DNA of 64,000 nucleotides. It comes from a virus. The stretch is from positions 16,881 through 80,880 of the IMG/VR virus record IMGVR_UViG_3300027771_000009; one strand, given 5' to 3'. Made by a program: the position numbers and the translations under genes. The stretch's first letter is position 1. Each line of letters starts with the position of its first letter. This document shows, one piece after another, positions 50,301 to 59,631 of the stretch. The notes under the pieces were generated by a model. It was not told the origin of the DNA. It did not search any database and saw only the letters and a program-made list of their open reading frames with translations.

Positions 50301-51659
50301 ATGCAAAATATAGATACTCTTTCTAAATACGGACAATCATTTCAAACAAAGGTATTATCTTCGTTGATTACGGATGTTCGTTTGTTAGATACATTAAATG
50401 AGATTATACATCCAAAGTTCTTCGAAGCTGAATCCAACAAATGGATTGCTGATGAGATAAAAAACTATTATAATGACTTTAAGAAATCACCTACACTTGA
50501 TGTATTTAAAGTGGAAGTATCTAAATTAGATGATAAGGGATTTCAGAAAACTGTAATAGAACAATTGAAATTAGTATTTACCAACATTGGTGATTCTGAT
50601 ATGGACTTTGTTAAGAAGGAATTCTCTTCATTTTGTATTAATCAAAACTTAAAACAGGCAATTGTTGAATCAATTGATTTACTTAAAGCTGGAAACTACG
50701 ATAAAATCAAAGATTTAGTAGATAAGGCAATGAAAGTGGGTATTGATAATGATTTAGGACATGATTATGTTTTAGATTTTGAAGAACGAACTACCGAAAT
50801 TAATAGAAATTCAGTTCCAACTGGTTGGGATTGTATTGATGAGATAATGGATGGTGGATTGGGACCTGGTGAATTGGGAGTTGCAGTTGCACCTTCTGGT
50901 GTTGGTAAGACTTGGGTATTATGTGCATTAGGTGCCGCAGCAGTAAAAGCTGGACTTAATGTGGTACATTATTCCTTAGAACTTTCAGAACATTATGTAG
51001 GACAACGTTACGATACTGTTTTTACTCAAATTCCATCATCTGAAGTGAAGGAAAATAAAGAGCAGGTATTTAGTAAGATTAACAAACTTAATGGAAAGTT
51101 ATTAATTAAATACTACCCACCAAAGGGAGTATCTTCAAAGAAGATTGAAGCCCATATTGAGAAAATGACCGCAGCTGGTAATAAACCTGATTTGGTTATT
51201 ATCGATTACGCTGATTTACTTCTATCTCACTCAAATAATTCTGATTCTACGTATGGAGAGCAGGGTGGTATTTACATTGAGTTGAGAGGTATGGGTGGTG
51301 AATTAGGACTTCCAATATGGACAGCATCTCAAACCAATCGTTCGGCAATTGATTCTGAAGTTATTGAAGCTGATAAGATTGCAGATTCTTACGCTAAAGT
51401 AATGAATGCAGATTTTATTATGAGTATTAGTAGGAAAGCAAAAGATAAATTGAATAATACTGCTAGGTTTCACGTAATGAAGAATAGATTTGGACCTGAT
51501 GGAATAACATTCCCATCTAAAATGGATACCAACACTGGATTCATTGAAGTATTTGATGGTAATTCATCAGATGGAATCATCACTCAGAAGGAATCCGCTA
51601 ATGGTCAGAACATGGAGCAGCAATTGCTACATAAAAAGTATGTAGAAAACTTCGGATAA
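50301..51659 (+). CDS. Replicative helicase (DnaB/gp41-like)
   Basis: APSGVGKT, SLEL, IIDYADLL, WTASQTNR and KNRFG motifs. Confidence 0.92.
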   Translation: MQNIDTLSKYGQSFQTKVLSSLITDVRLLDTLNEIIHPKFFEAESNKWIADEIKNYYNDFKKSPTLDVFKVEVSKLDDKGFQKTVIEQLKLVFTNIGDSDMDFVKKEFSSFCINQNLKQAIVESIDLLKAGNYDKIKDLVDKAMKVGIDNDLGHDYVLDFEERTTEINRNSVPTGWDCIDEIMDGGLGPGELGVAVAPSGVGKTWVLCALGAAAVKAGLNVVHYSLELSEHYVGQRYDTVFTQIPSSEVKENKEQVFSKINKLNGKLLIKYYPPKGVSSKKIEAHIEKMTAAGNKPDLVIIDYADLLLSHSNNSDSTYGEQGGIYIELRGMGGELGLPIWTASQTNRSAIDSEVIEADKIADSYAKVMNADFIMSISRKAKDKLNNTARFHVMKNRFGPDGITFPSKMDTNTGFIEVFDGNSSDGIITQKESANGQNMEQQLLHKKYVENFG

Positions 51660-51850
51660 TAATTACAATCTATAAAATTACCACTAAGGTATTTTAATAC
51701 CTGATTTGGTGTTGTACATACAATATCAAAAAGTAATTTATAAAAAATACTATCCAAACTGTATTCACTTTTGAATATATAAGATAGTTATATTCACCCA
51801 ACTCAAATAAGGGTTGGTTAACATTAATAATAATAATAAAAATTAAATTT

Positions 51851-52021
51851 ATGGCAACATCGCAAGAGATTTTCGAACAAATTGAAGAGTTATATACTCA
51901 ATTCGAAGCAGAACACAATGGAACTACTAAAGCAGCTAAATCAAGAGCTCGTAAACATATTGGGGAAATCAAAAAATTGGTTACCGATTATAGAAAAGTT
52001 TCAGTAGAAGAATCAAAATAA
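51851..52021 (+). CDS. Histone H1-like (Hc1-family) small protein, 56 aa
   Basis: MATSQEIFEQIEELYTQFEAEHNGTTKAAKSRARKHIGEIKKLVTDYRKVSVEESK matches the KAAxxRARK...RKxS pattern; below the ORF-track cutoff. Confidence 0.7.
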   Translation: MATSQEIFEQIEELYTQFEAEHNGTTKAAKSRARKHIGEIKKLVTDYRKVSVEESK

Positions 52022-52034
52022 GAAAAATTCAAAC

Positions 52035-53030
52035 ATGAGCAAATTATTTAAAGAAAGAATTCCTTACAAGCCTTTTGAATATCCCGAATATTACACCGAA
52101 GGGTGGTTAAAGCAAGCACAAGCATTTTGGTTACATACCGAAATACCTATGCAGGGTGATGTGAAAGATTGGAATGAACACCTTACAAAAGAAGAAAAAA
52201 ACTTAGTTGGAAATATTCTTTTGGGGTTTGCTCAAACTGAATGTGCAGTTTCTGATTATTGGACTACTATGGTTACCAATTGGTTTCCAAAGTATGAAAT
52301 AAAGCAGATGGCAATGATGTTTGGTTCCCAAGAAACAATACATGCTACCGCATATTCATATTTAAATGAAACATTAGGGTTGGATGATTTCTCAGCATTT
52401 TTGCATGAACCTGCAATTGCTGAGAAATTCGAACTCTTAACAGAAACCACAAACGAGTGGAAACATACTGATTTAGAAGTAAACGCTGAGGCTAGAAAAG
52501 AAGTAGGACGTTCTCTTGCTATCTTCTCAGCATTTAGTGAAGGAGTATCGTTATACTCTTCATTTGCAGTACTTTACTCATTTCAAATGAGAAATCTATT
52601 GAAAGGTATAGGACAACAAATGAAATGGAGTATACGGGATGAATCCTTACATTCTAAAATGGGTTGCCAATTGTTTAGAGATATGTGTAGTGAATTTACT
52701 ACACTAAAAGATGATAGTAAACAATCTATTGAAGAAGCTGCGAGACTTATCGTAGAATTAGAATCAAAATTCATTGATAAAATGTTTGAGATGGGTGAAT
52801 TAGAAAACCTATCTTCATCAGATTTGAAAGAATTTATCAAAGCTAGAACTAATATAAAATTAGTTGAGTTGGGATATGAGAGTATATTCGAATATGATAA
52901 AGATGCAGTTGAACGTTTAGACTGGTTCTATCAACTATCAGGTGGAGTTACACATACCGATTTCTTTGCAGTAAGACCTACTGACTATTCCAAAGCTGGA
53001 GAAGGTGAAAATTGGGATGATATGTTTTAG
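52035..53030 (+). CDS. nrdB: Ribonucleotide reductase class I beta subunit
   Basis: ETIHATAY, EGVSLYSSF, RDESLH and DFFA motifs. Confidence 0.95.
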   Translation: MSKLFKERIPYKPFEYPEYYTEGWLKQAQAFWLHTEIPMQGDVKDWNEHLTKEEKNLVGNILLGFAQTECAVSDYWTTMVTNWFPKYEIKQMAMMFGSQETIHATAYSYLNETLGLDDFSAFLHEPAIAEKFELLTETTNEWKHTDLEVNAEARKEVGRSLAIFSAFSEGVSLYSSFAVLYSFQMRNLLKGIGQQMKWSIRDESLHSKMGCQLFRDMCSEFTTLKDDSKQSIEEAARLIVELESKFIDKMFEMGELENLSSSDLKEFIKARTNIKLVELGYESIFEYDKDAVERLDWFYQLSGGVTHTDFFAVRPTDYSKAGEGENWDDMF

Positions 53031-53072
53031 TAAACCCTTGTTAAATTCAATTAAATTTCGTATATTTGTAAT

Positions 53073-53483
53073 ATGAAACCATTTACATATTTAAATGAAT
53101 ATTTGAAAACTGATATAGCACCCTCATCAACACATGGAATCGGAACTTTCGCTCTTAGAGACCTAAAAGTTGGTGAGGATGTTTTCATCAGATGGAAAGG
53201 TGAAACCAAATCATATATAGTATCTAATGATGAATTTGATACTTTACCGGAATCATCTAAATTTCTTATTTTAAAATCATATGAAAATAGAAATGAATAT
53301 CCATTTATTTGGTTTAGATTGTTCAAAGATTCGTACTTTAATTTATCGAACCCTTGGGCATACGTTAACACAAAAGAAACTGATGGCAATATTGATTCTG
53401 TAACAAAGAAAGTAATAAAACCCATTAAACAAGGTGAAGAACTATTCGGAACCTATAACTTAAAAAATACAATATTAAAATGA
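53073..53483 (+). CDS. SET-domain protein (degenerate NHS motif)
   Basis: SSTHGIGTFALRDLKVGE...YVNTK...KPIKQGEELFGTY. Confidence 0.7.
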   Translation: MKPFTYLNEYLKTDIAPSSTHGIGTFALRDLKVGEDVFIRWKGETKSYIVSNDEFDTLPESSKFLILKSYENRNEYPFIWFRLFKDSYFNLSNPWAYVNTKETDGNIDSVTKKVIKPIKQGEELFGTYNLKNTILK

Positions 53484-53788
53484 CATTTGATAAATTAATA
53501 GATAATGTGAAGGGTTGGGCTGATGCAAAGGATATCCTTAAATCAGAAAACGCACCTAAGCAATTAATGAAAGTAATGGAAGAGTTGGGTGAAACCGCTG
53601 GAGCTATTGCTAAAAATAAAGCAACTGATGAAATTCAAGATGGAATTGGTGATACGTTCGTAACTTTGATAATTTTGGCTTACCAATTAGGATTGGACCC
53701 AACTGAATGTTTAGAGCATGCTTGGAACGAAATAAAAGATAGAACAGGTAATACTGTTAATGGAGTATTTGTAAAAGATGAAAATTAA
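53480..53788 (+). CDS. MazG-like NTP pyrophosphohydrolase
   Basis: KVMEELGE...DGIGD...AWNEIKDRTG...GVFVK. Confidence 0.85.
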   Translation: MTFDKLIDNVKGWADAKDILKSENAPKQLMKVMEELGETAGAIAKNKATDEIQDGIGDTFVTLIILAYQLGLDPTECLEHAWNEIKDRTGNTVNGVFVKDEN

Positions 53789-53794
53789 TATATA

Positions 53795-55576
53795 ATGGCT
53801 AAGAATCACGGAGAATATTTAGGTTGGGAATTAGGAGTAGATTTCCCAGAGTGGGGTAACACCGATATATATGTAAAAACGATATCTAAGGGGTATCTAC
53901 TTGTTGGTGAAAAACCAAAAGATGCATATTGGAGAGTAGCAACTAAAGTTGCACAACGTTTGAATAAACCTCAAATGGCTAGTAAGTTTTTTGATTATAT
54001 ATGGAAAGGGTGGTTGAATCTAGCTTCACCTGTTCTTTCAAACACTGGAACCGATAGAGGTTTACCTATTTCTTGCTTCGGGATTGATGTAGCTGATTCT
54101 ATACATGATATTGGTTCTAAAAACTTAGAATTAATGTTATTGGCTAAGCATGGTGGTGGAGTTGGTATTGGTATCAATCAAATCAGACCTGCTGGAGCTA
54201 AGATTACTGGTAATGGAACATCGGATGGTGTAATTCCATTCGCTAAAATATACGATTCAACTATACTTGCAACAAATCAAGGTTCAGTAAGAAGGGGAGC
54301 AGCATCTGTAAACCTAAACATTGACCATAAAGATTTTGAAGAGTGGTTGGAAATTAGAGAACCTAAAGGAGATGTAAATAGACAATCATTAAATCTACAC
54401 CAATGTGCAGTAGTGGGTGATAAGTTTATGAGAAAACTTCAAGATGGTGAAGAAGATGCTCGTAGAAAATGGGGTAAATTACTTCAGAAACGTAAAGCAA
54501 CTGGTGAACCTTATATTATGTACAAAGGGAATGTTAACAAACAAAACCCAGATATGTACAAAGTTAATGGGTTGAAAGTACATATGACGAACATTTGTTC
54601 TGAAATTACGTTACACACCGATGAATCACATTCATTTGTATGTTGTTTAAGTTCATTAAATCTATCAAAGTACGATGAGTGGAAAGATACTGACTTAGTA
54701 TATACTGCAACTTGGTTCTTAGATGGTGTAATGGAAGAGTTTATTCAAAAAGCTAAGAACTTAAAAGGATTTGAAAATTCAATACGTTCAGCAGAAAAGG
54801 GTAGAGCATTAGGATTAGGTGTATTGGGATGGCACACCTATTTACAAAAGAATGGTATTCCATTTGAGGGTATGACTGCGCAATTCGAAACTCGTAAGAT
54901 TTTCTCTCAGTTAAAGATTGAATCTGAAAGAGCTAGTAGAGATATGGCTGTTGAGATGGGAGAACCATTGTGGTGTAGAGATAGTGGGATGAGAAACACT
55001 CACCTAAGAGCAATTGCACCAACTGTATCTAACTCTAAATTGAGTGGTGATGTATCAGCTGGTATTGAACCTTGGGCAGCCAACATATTTACTGAACAAA
55101 CTGCTAAAGGTACATTTATTCGTAGAAACTCTGAGTTGGAAAAGGTACTTCGTAAAGCTGGACTTAATAACAAAGAAACTTGGGATAAGATTATAGCTGA
55201 TGGTGGTTCAATTCAGGATATCAAAGAGTTGGATGAATATTGTTTCTTAAATAGTAAAGTAGTTAAAGTAGCTGATTTAAATGAAGATGATACCACTAAA
55301 ACATTTACTATTAAAAGTGTATTTAAAACATTCAAAGAAATAAACCAATTGGATTTAGTTAGACAGGCTGGTATTAGACAACAATACATCGACCAAGGTG
55401 TATCATTGAATTTGGCATTTCCTGCAACGGCTACACCAAAGTGGATTAATCAGGTAACTATGGAAGCTTGGAAGCAAGGGGTTAAAACTCTTTACTATAT
55501 GAGAACCGAATCAGTACTTAGAGGTGATATTGCATCTCAAGCAATGGATCCTGATTGTGCGGCGTGTGATGGATAA
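53795..55576 (+). CDS. nrdA: Ribonucleotide reductase class I alpha subunit (no ATP cone)
   Basis: ISCF, GGGVG, NICSE, APT and TLYY motifs; C-terminal CAACDG. Confidence 0.95.
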   Translation: MAKNHGEYLGWELGVDFPEWGNTDIYVKTISKGYLLVGEKPKDAYWRVATKVAQRLNKPQMASKFFDYIWKGWLNLASPVLSNTGTDRGLPISCFGIDVADSIHDIGSKNLELMLLAKHGGGVGIGINQIRPAGAKITGNGTSDGVIPFAKIYDSTILATNQGSVRRGAASVNLNIDHKDFEEWLEIREPKGDVNRQSLNLHQCAVVGDKFMRKLQDGEEDARRKWGKLLQKRKATGEPYIMYKGNVNKQNPDMYKVNGLKVHMTNICSEITLHTDESHSFVCCLSSLNLSKYDEWKDTDLVYTATWFLDGVMEEFIQKAKNLKGFENSIRSAEKGRALGLGVLGWHTYLQKNGIPFEGMTAQFETRKIFSQLKIESERASRDMAVEMGEPLWCRDSGMRNTHLRAIAPTVSNSKLSGDVSAGIEPWAANIFTEQTAKGTFIRRNSELEKVLRKAGLNNKETWDKIIADGGSIQDIKELDEYCFLNSKVVKVADLNEDDTTKTFTIKSVFKTFKEINQLDLVRQAGIRQQYIDQGVSLNLAFPATATPKWINQVTMEAWKQGVKTLYYMRTESVLRGDIASQAMDPDCAACDG

Positions 55577-55609
55577 GATAATAAATTAATAAACAAAAAA
55601 TAAACAATT

Positions 55610-55879
55610 ATGATAGAAGTAAAAAAGTTCTTTGGAGAATGGTGCGGCCCTTGTAAGGCATTGGCACCAACAATTACAAAATTAAAAGAACAACATGGGG
55701 ATGTAACCTTTACGGATTACGATGTTGATAAAGATTTTGAACAAGCACAAAAATATAACGTTCGTAGTATTCCATTAGTTGTTATTGAACACAATGGTAA
55801 AGAAATCCATAGATTTTCGGGATTACAATCGGAAATGGCATATAACAACGCAATTAATGAAGTAAAACAAAAAGCTTAA
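55610..55879 (+). CDS. trx: Thioredoxin
   Basis: WCGPC and VRSIP. Confidence 0.92.
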   Translation: MIEVKKFFGEWCGPCKALAPTITKLKEQHGDVTFTDYDVDKDFEQAQKYNVRSIPLVVIEHNGKEIHRFSGLQSEMAYNNAINEVKQKA

Positions 55880-55880
55880 A

Positions 55881-56084
55881 ATGCCAATACTAAGAGGTCA
55901 GTCTCATCCATCTTCAAAGTTGACAGATGAGCAGGTTATACAAATAAGAAAGTTATGGAAAATGGGACATAGAAATTGTAGAGTTATGGCTCGCAACAAC
56001 AAATGTTCTTCAGCCAATATTCTAAGAATTGTTCGAAATGAAACGTGGACACATTTAAATGAATTCTGGTCTGGTAGTGTATGA
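55881..56084 (+). CDS. Small helix-turn-helix protein resembling HNH-endonuclease C-terminal DNA-binding domains
   Basis: RGQSHPSSKLTDEQVIQIR...ILRIVRNETWTH; ATGA overlap with the next gene. Confidence 0.65.
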   Translation: MPILRGQSHPSSKLTDEQVIQIRKLWKMGHRNCRVMARNNKCSSANILRIVRNETWTHLNEFWSGSV

Positions 56085-56848
56085 AAGAAGATAAAACATA
56101 CTGTGATACATCAAAACTATCCGTTAGATTAATAACTAAATCAGTAGCAAAAGATATCATTGTTAACAACCATTATAGTGGATTGTGGACAAAAGTATCT
56201 TACGCTATTGGTTTATTTACTACTGATGTAGAAGAACACCCATTCTTTAGTGGTGTTGAAGATAAGTTAATAGGAGTTGCTTGTTATGGTGACCCAATTG
56301 GTAGAAGCGCAGGTCAATCTATAACACCTTTATTAGAAAGAGATGAGGTATTGGAACTTACTAGATTATTCGTATTTGATGATTATGGTTCAAATATAGA
56401 GAGTTGGTTTCTATCTCAAACATTTGATTGGTTACGAACCAACGTTCCTAAGATAAAAGGATTGATATCATATTCAGACCCTAAAGAAGGTCATTGTGGT
56501 ACAATATACCAAGCAACCAATTGGTTGTATCAGGGTAACAAACTACGATTTAACGATAGTTGGGATTTCCGTTGGGAAGAAAATGGTAATTGGCATCACC
56601 AAAGAACTTCATATGTGAAGTTTGGAACAAATAATCCCAAAGAAATCCAAAAGATATCAGCATCCACATTTTGGATAAGAAAGAATCCAAGAAAGCATAG
56701 ATATGTGTACATCTTATCAAAAGGTGGAATACGTAGGAAGTTAATGAAAACTATAAAGCACCCAATATTACCTTATCCAAAGGAAAACGAGCAATTTGTA
56801 GAAGAAATTATAAAAATGTCACCAATAAATTTGGTAGAATCAAATTAA
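56081..56848 (+). CDS. Mom-like DNA modification protein (GNAT fold), paralog 1
   Basis: NHYS, LIGVACYG, LELTRL, SYSDP..GH.GTIYQATNW, KHRY. Confidence 0.85.
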   Translation: MKEDKTYCDTSKLSVRLITKSVAKDIIVNNHYSGLWTKVSYAIGLFTTDVEEHPFFSGVEDKLIGVACYGDPIGRSAGQSITPLLERDEVLELTRLFVFDDYGSNIESWFLSQTFDWLRTNVPKIKGLISYSDPKEGHCGTIYQATNWLYQGNKLRFNDSWDFRWEENGNWHHQRTSYVKFGTNNPKEIQKISASTFWIRKNPRKHRYVYILSKGGIRRKLMKTIKHPILPYPKENEQFVEEIIKMSPINLVESN

Positions 56849-56878
56849 TTTCGTATATTTGTTTTATAAATAAAATAT

Positions 56879-57091
56879 ATGGCAATCAAACCTAAGTTTT
56901 TTCCGTTAACTGGTGATTTAAGAAACCTTTTACTTCTTATAAAAAGTATTGGTGGCGATTATCCACATCAATCATTAGTTGATATGACACTAAGTTCAAA
57001 TCAGTATCATAAAAATGATAGACAGTGGTTGAATAAAGTAAGGGAATGGCATATCGTAGTTAATATAACACTCAACTCAAATTTATTATGA
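56879..57091 (+). CDS. Hypothetical protein
   Basis: 70-aa ORF behind a TATATTTG promoter. Confidence 0.55.
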   Translation: MAIKPKFFPLTGDLRNLLLLIKSIGGDYPHQSLVDMTLSSNQYHKNDRQWLNKVREWHIVVNITLNSNLL

Positions 57092-57246
57092 CTGAATCAC
57101 AAGAAATAGAAGAAATCCTTTTTGAAGCACATGCACACAATATTCGTAGAGAAGTTATGGATTTAGCAAGTACTGAGTTAAAGGAAAACCCAAAAATGAG
57201 AAAAGTAGATGCTTATCAAAAAGCATACCTAACTCTAACAAAATAA
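57088..57246 (+). CDS. Hypothetical protein, 52 aa
   Basis: MTESQEIEEILFEAHAHNIRREVMDLA...; ATGA overlap upstream and TAAATG junction downstream; not in the ORF track. Confidence 0.6.
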   Translation: MTESQEIEEILFEAHAHNIRREVMDLASTELKENPKMRKVDAYQKAYLTLTK

Positions 57247-58050
57247 ATGAAAGAAGAAGGAAAACATTATGTTGATGCTAGTAAAGTAAGTGTAGCTCCA
57301 ATTGCTAAATCTATCGCTAAAGATATGATTATCAAAAAGCACTATACTCACGCTTGGACTGCTTGTAGGTATTCATTAGGTATATACCACACAATGGAAG
57401 AGAAGGATATATTCGGAAATGACCAACAATTGGTTGGTGTGGCAGTTTATGGGTTCCCTGTTGGAGCAAAAGCACCTACATCGGTATGTGATGGTTTAAC
57501 AAAAGATAACATCTTAGAACTCACTAGATTGTATGTAGATGATGGGTTTGGTTCAAACATAGAGAGTTGTGCATTAGGTAAAACTTTCCAATGGATAAAG
57601 GATAATGATAAAAACATTAAAGTGTTACTTTCATATGCTAATAATGGACAAGGACACGTTGGTGGAATCTACAAAGCTACCAATTGGATTTATCAGGGTT
57701 TGAACACGGATATCGCCTTGATGCCAAATTGGGGAATATCATTAAGTGATGACCCACATGATTGGATTCATAGTAGGACAGTTTATAATAATTGGGGAAG
57801 TGGTAACTTAGAACATCTTAGAAAAGAAATTGGTAAAGATGGTTATAGTGAATTTTGGAGAAGGGAAGAACCACCTAAACATAGATACATTCAGATACTT
57901 GCTACCAACAAAAAGGAAAAGAAAGATTTGATGAAACGTTTAAAACATCCAATCAGAGATTATCCGAAAGATTTAAACGCATACAATACTGATGTTATAC
58001 ATCACACAACATATTCACCTGAAGAATCAAACGAAATAAACTTTTGGTAA
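57247..58050 (+). CDS. Mom-like DNA modification protein, paralog 2
   Basis: KHYT, LVGVAVYG, LELTRL, SYANN.QGH.GGIYKATNW, KHRY. Confidence 0.85.
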   Translation: MKEEGKHYVDASKVSVAPIAKSIAKDMIIKKHYTHAWTACRYSLGIYHTMEEKDIFGNDQQLVGVAVYGFPVGAKAPTSVCDGLTKDNILELTRLYVDDGFGSNIESCALGKTFQWIKDNDKNIKVLLSYANNGQGHVGGIYKATNWIYQGLNTDIALMPNWGISLSDDPHDWIHSRTVYNNWGSGNLEHLRKEIGKDGYSEFWRREEPPKHRYIQILATNKKEKKDLMKRLKHPIRDYPKDLNAYNTDVIHHTTYSPEESNEINFW

Positions 58051-58062
58051 AATAAGTGAAAT

Positions 58063-58146
58063 AAAGCTTGTGTAATCCAAATAGAAATCGTATATTAGAG
58101 GGTAGTTGATTAGGAGATTTCATATCAACTCACTAACCCTTTAAAA
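58063..58146 (+). promoter_or_regulatory. Promoter + leader hairpin element, copy 1
   Basis: AAAGCTTGTGTA-N13-TCGTATATTAG-N3-GTAGTTGA; stem AGTTGAT/ATCAACT. Confidence 0.75.
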
Positions 58147-58157
58147 TAGATAAAAGT

Positions 58158-58598
58158 ATGATTGGTTCATTTAATGTAGTAAGTGTTAAAGAAGTACAAG
58201 GATTTGTAAATGGATTGGATAGATATCCAAATCAGTATAATTCGGGTAGAGTAGTTTCTTATAGTAATAGTGCAAAATCACTCTTAGTAAGGGGATTTCT
58301 CAACGGAATTGATACAAGTTTCTTTTCTCCAAGTGTAATTGTTAAAGAGGCAAAAGGATATGTAAATTATTCATCAATGAAGGAGAACGATTGGTTCTCA
58401 CAAACCGAAGGTGAAACTATATCTGCAAAAGGAAATCCAATGTTCGATAACGGACCTACGCCAAATGTGGCAATTGCAACACCTTCCACAATTACTCCTA
58501 AGATAAGTAAAGGTGATGTTATAAACATCTCATATCAACCAAAGGGTGAATTCAATGGTACCACTACTATTAAATCAGTAAAAATCAAATCCACCTAA
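58158..58598 (+). CDS. Hypothetical protein
   Basis: 146-aa ORF with its own promoter and terminator. Confidence 0.65.
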   Translation: MIGSFNVVSVKEVQGFVNGLDRYPNQYNSGRVVSYSNSAKSLLVRGFLNGIDTSFFSPSVIVKEAKGYVNYSSMKENDWFSQTEGETISAKGNPMFDNGPTPNVAIATPSTITPKISKGDVINISYQPKGEFNGTTTIKSVKIKST

Positions 58599-58612
58599 GA
58601 GTGGGTTTTTTT
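58590..58612 (+). terminator. Probable terminator
   Basis: CCAC-ctaaga-GTGG then GTTTTTTT. Confidence 0.55.
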
Positions 58613-58627
58613 GAAAATAAATACGAA

Positions 58628-58711
58628 AAAGCTTGTGTATGTCAATTGTATTTCGTATATTAGGTGTGTAGTTGAGGTGGTTGTTCCACCACTACGTTAA
58701 CCCTTTTAAAT
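58628..58711 (+). promoter_or_regulatory. Promoter + leader hairpin element, copy 2
   Basis: Same consensus; stems GTAGT/ACTAC and GGTGG/CCACC. Confidence 0.75.
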
Positions 58712-58719
58712 TGAAAAAT

Positions 58720-58875
58720 ATGATATTATTAAATCCTATCCTTAGTGAAGTAAAAGAAATGATGGCTGCACAAGATACACCATCATCTTATGTATATTAT
58801 GAATATACTCAGGAAGAACTATGGGATGATGAAGATTTAGGAGACTTCTAATTTTCCAATAACTTTACAAAATAA
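58720..58875 (+). CDS. Small acidic hypothetical protein, 51 aa
   Basis: MILLNPILSEVKEMMAAQDTPSSYVYYEYTQEELWDDEDLGDFLISNNFTK; first ORF after element 2. Confidence 0.55.
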
Positions 58876-58898
58876 TTAACCCACTTAAATTAAACAAT

Positions 58899-59624
58899 AT
58901 GTTACAAATCGGATTTTCAACAAAGTACTTTACATTATGGGATGTTCAAAATGAAACGGAATATTCCGGTTCGGAAGGGCAGTACTCTTATAACGTTACA
59001 CGTTTCACATACCTTCAGAACCTCTCTTTAGTAGAGGAAAAGGCTGTTGCTAAAGCAAAAGAAAAGGGATGTACTCAATTGGGTATTAACGATGAGTTAC
59101 GTGGTAGAAGTGGTAGAAGTTTCGAAAAAAGAACTCGTATAGAAAAGGTATTCGAATTACACCAATTTACATATGGTAAGTATGAAGGTGATGATATCAG
59201 AGAAAATACTGATGTTAATTATCTAAAGTGGTACTTTAATGAAACTGAACTAATGTTAGTAGCAGAACGTGTTTGTGAGTTGGATTCTGATTATAGTATC
59301 TATGAGAATGGAATAGTTACTTCAGAGCAATTAGATAATATAACCAAAACAAATACTATTGAGGCTGGGTTAAAAAAGACTGGAACTATTCAACTACAAA
59401 TGGAACGAAACCTTGATACTTATGGGTTTGTTCAAATAGATGGTATTCCTTACAGTTTTGAAAACTATTGTACTAGAAGTTACAATGGGTATGGGTATGG
59501 GTTACCGACCTTAAATGGTAAAGCAAAAAGAGTTAAAAACAAACTCATTGAAGTGAAAGCAGAATTTGGTGTAGTTGGTGACTGGGAGATGTGGAAAGTA
59601 ACTGAGTGGGATTTCGTAAAATAA
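58899..59624 (+). CDS. Hypothetical protein with an FxYGKY...YLKW small domain
   Basis: 241-aa ORF containing FTYGKYEGDDI...YLKW. Confidence 0.65.
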   Translation: MLQIGFSTKYFTLWDVQNETEYSGSEGQYSYNVTRFTYLQNLSLVEEKAVAKAKEKGCTQLGINDELRGRSGRSFEKRTRIEKVFELHQFTYGKYEGDDIRENTDVNYLKWYFNETELMLVAERVCELDSDYSIYENGIVTSEQLDNITKTNTIEAGLKKTGTIQLQMERNLDTYGFVQIDGIPYSFENYCTRSYNGYGYGLPTLNGKAKRVKNKLIEVKAEFGVVGDWEMWKVTEWDFVK

Positions 59625-59631
59625 ATAATAA

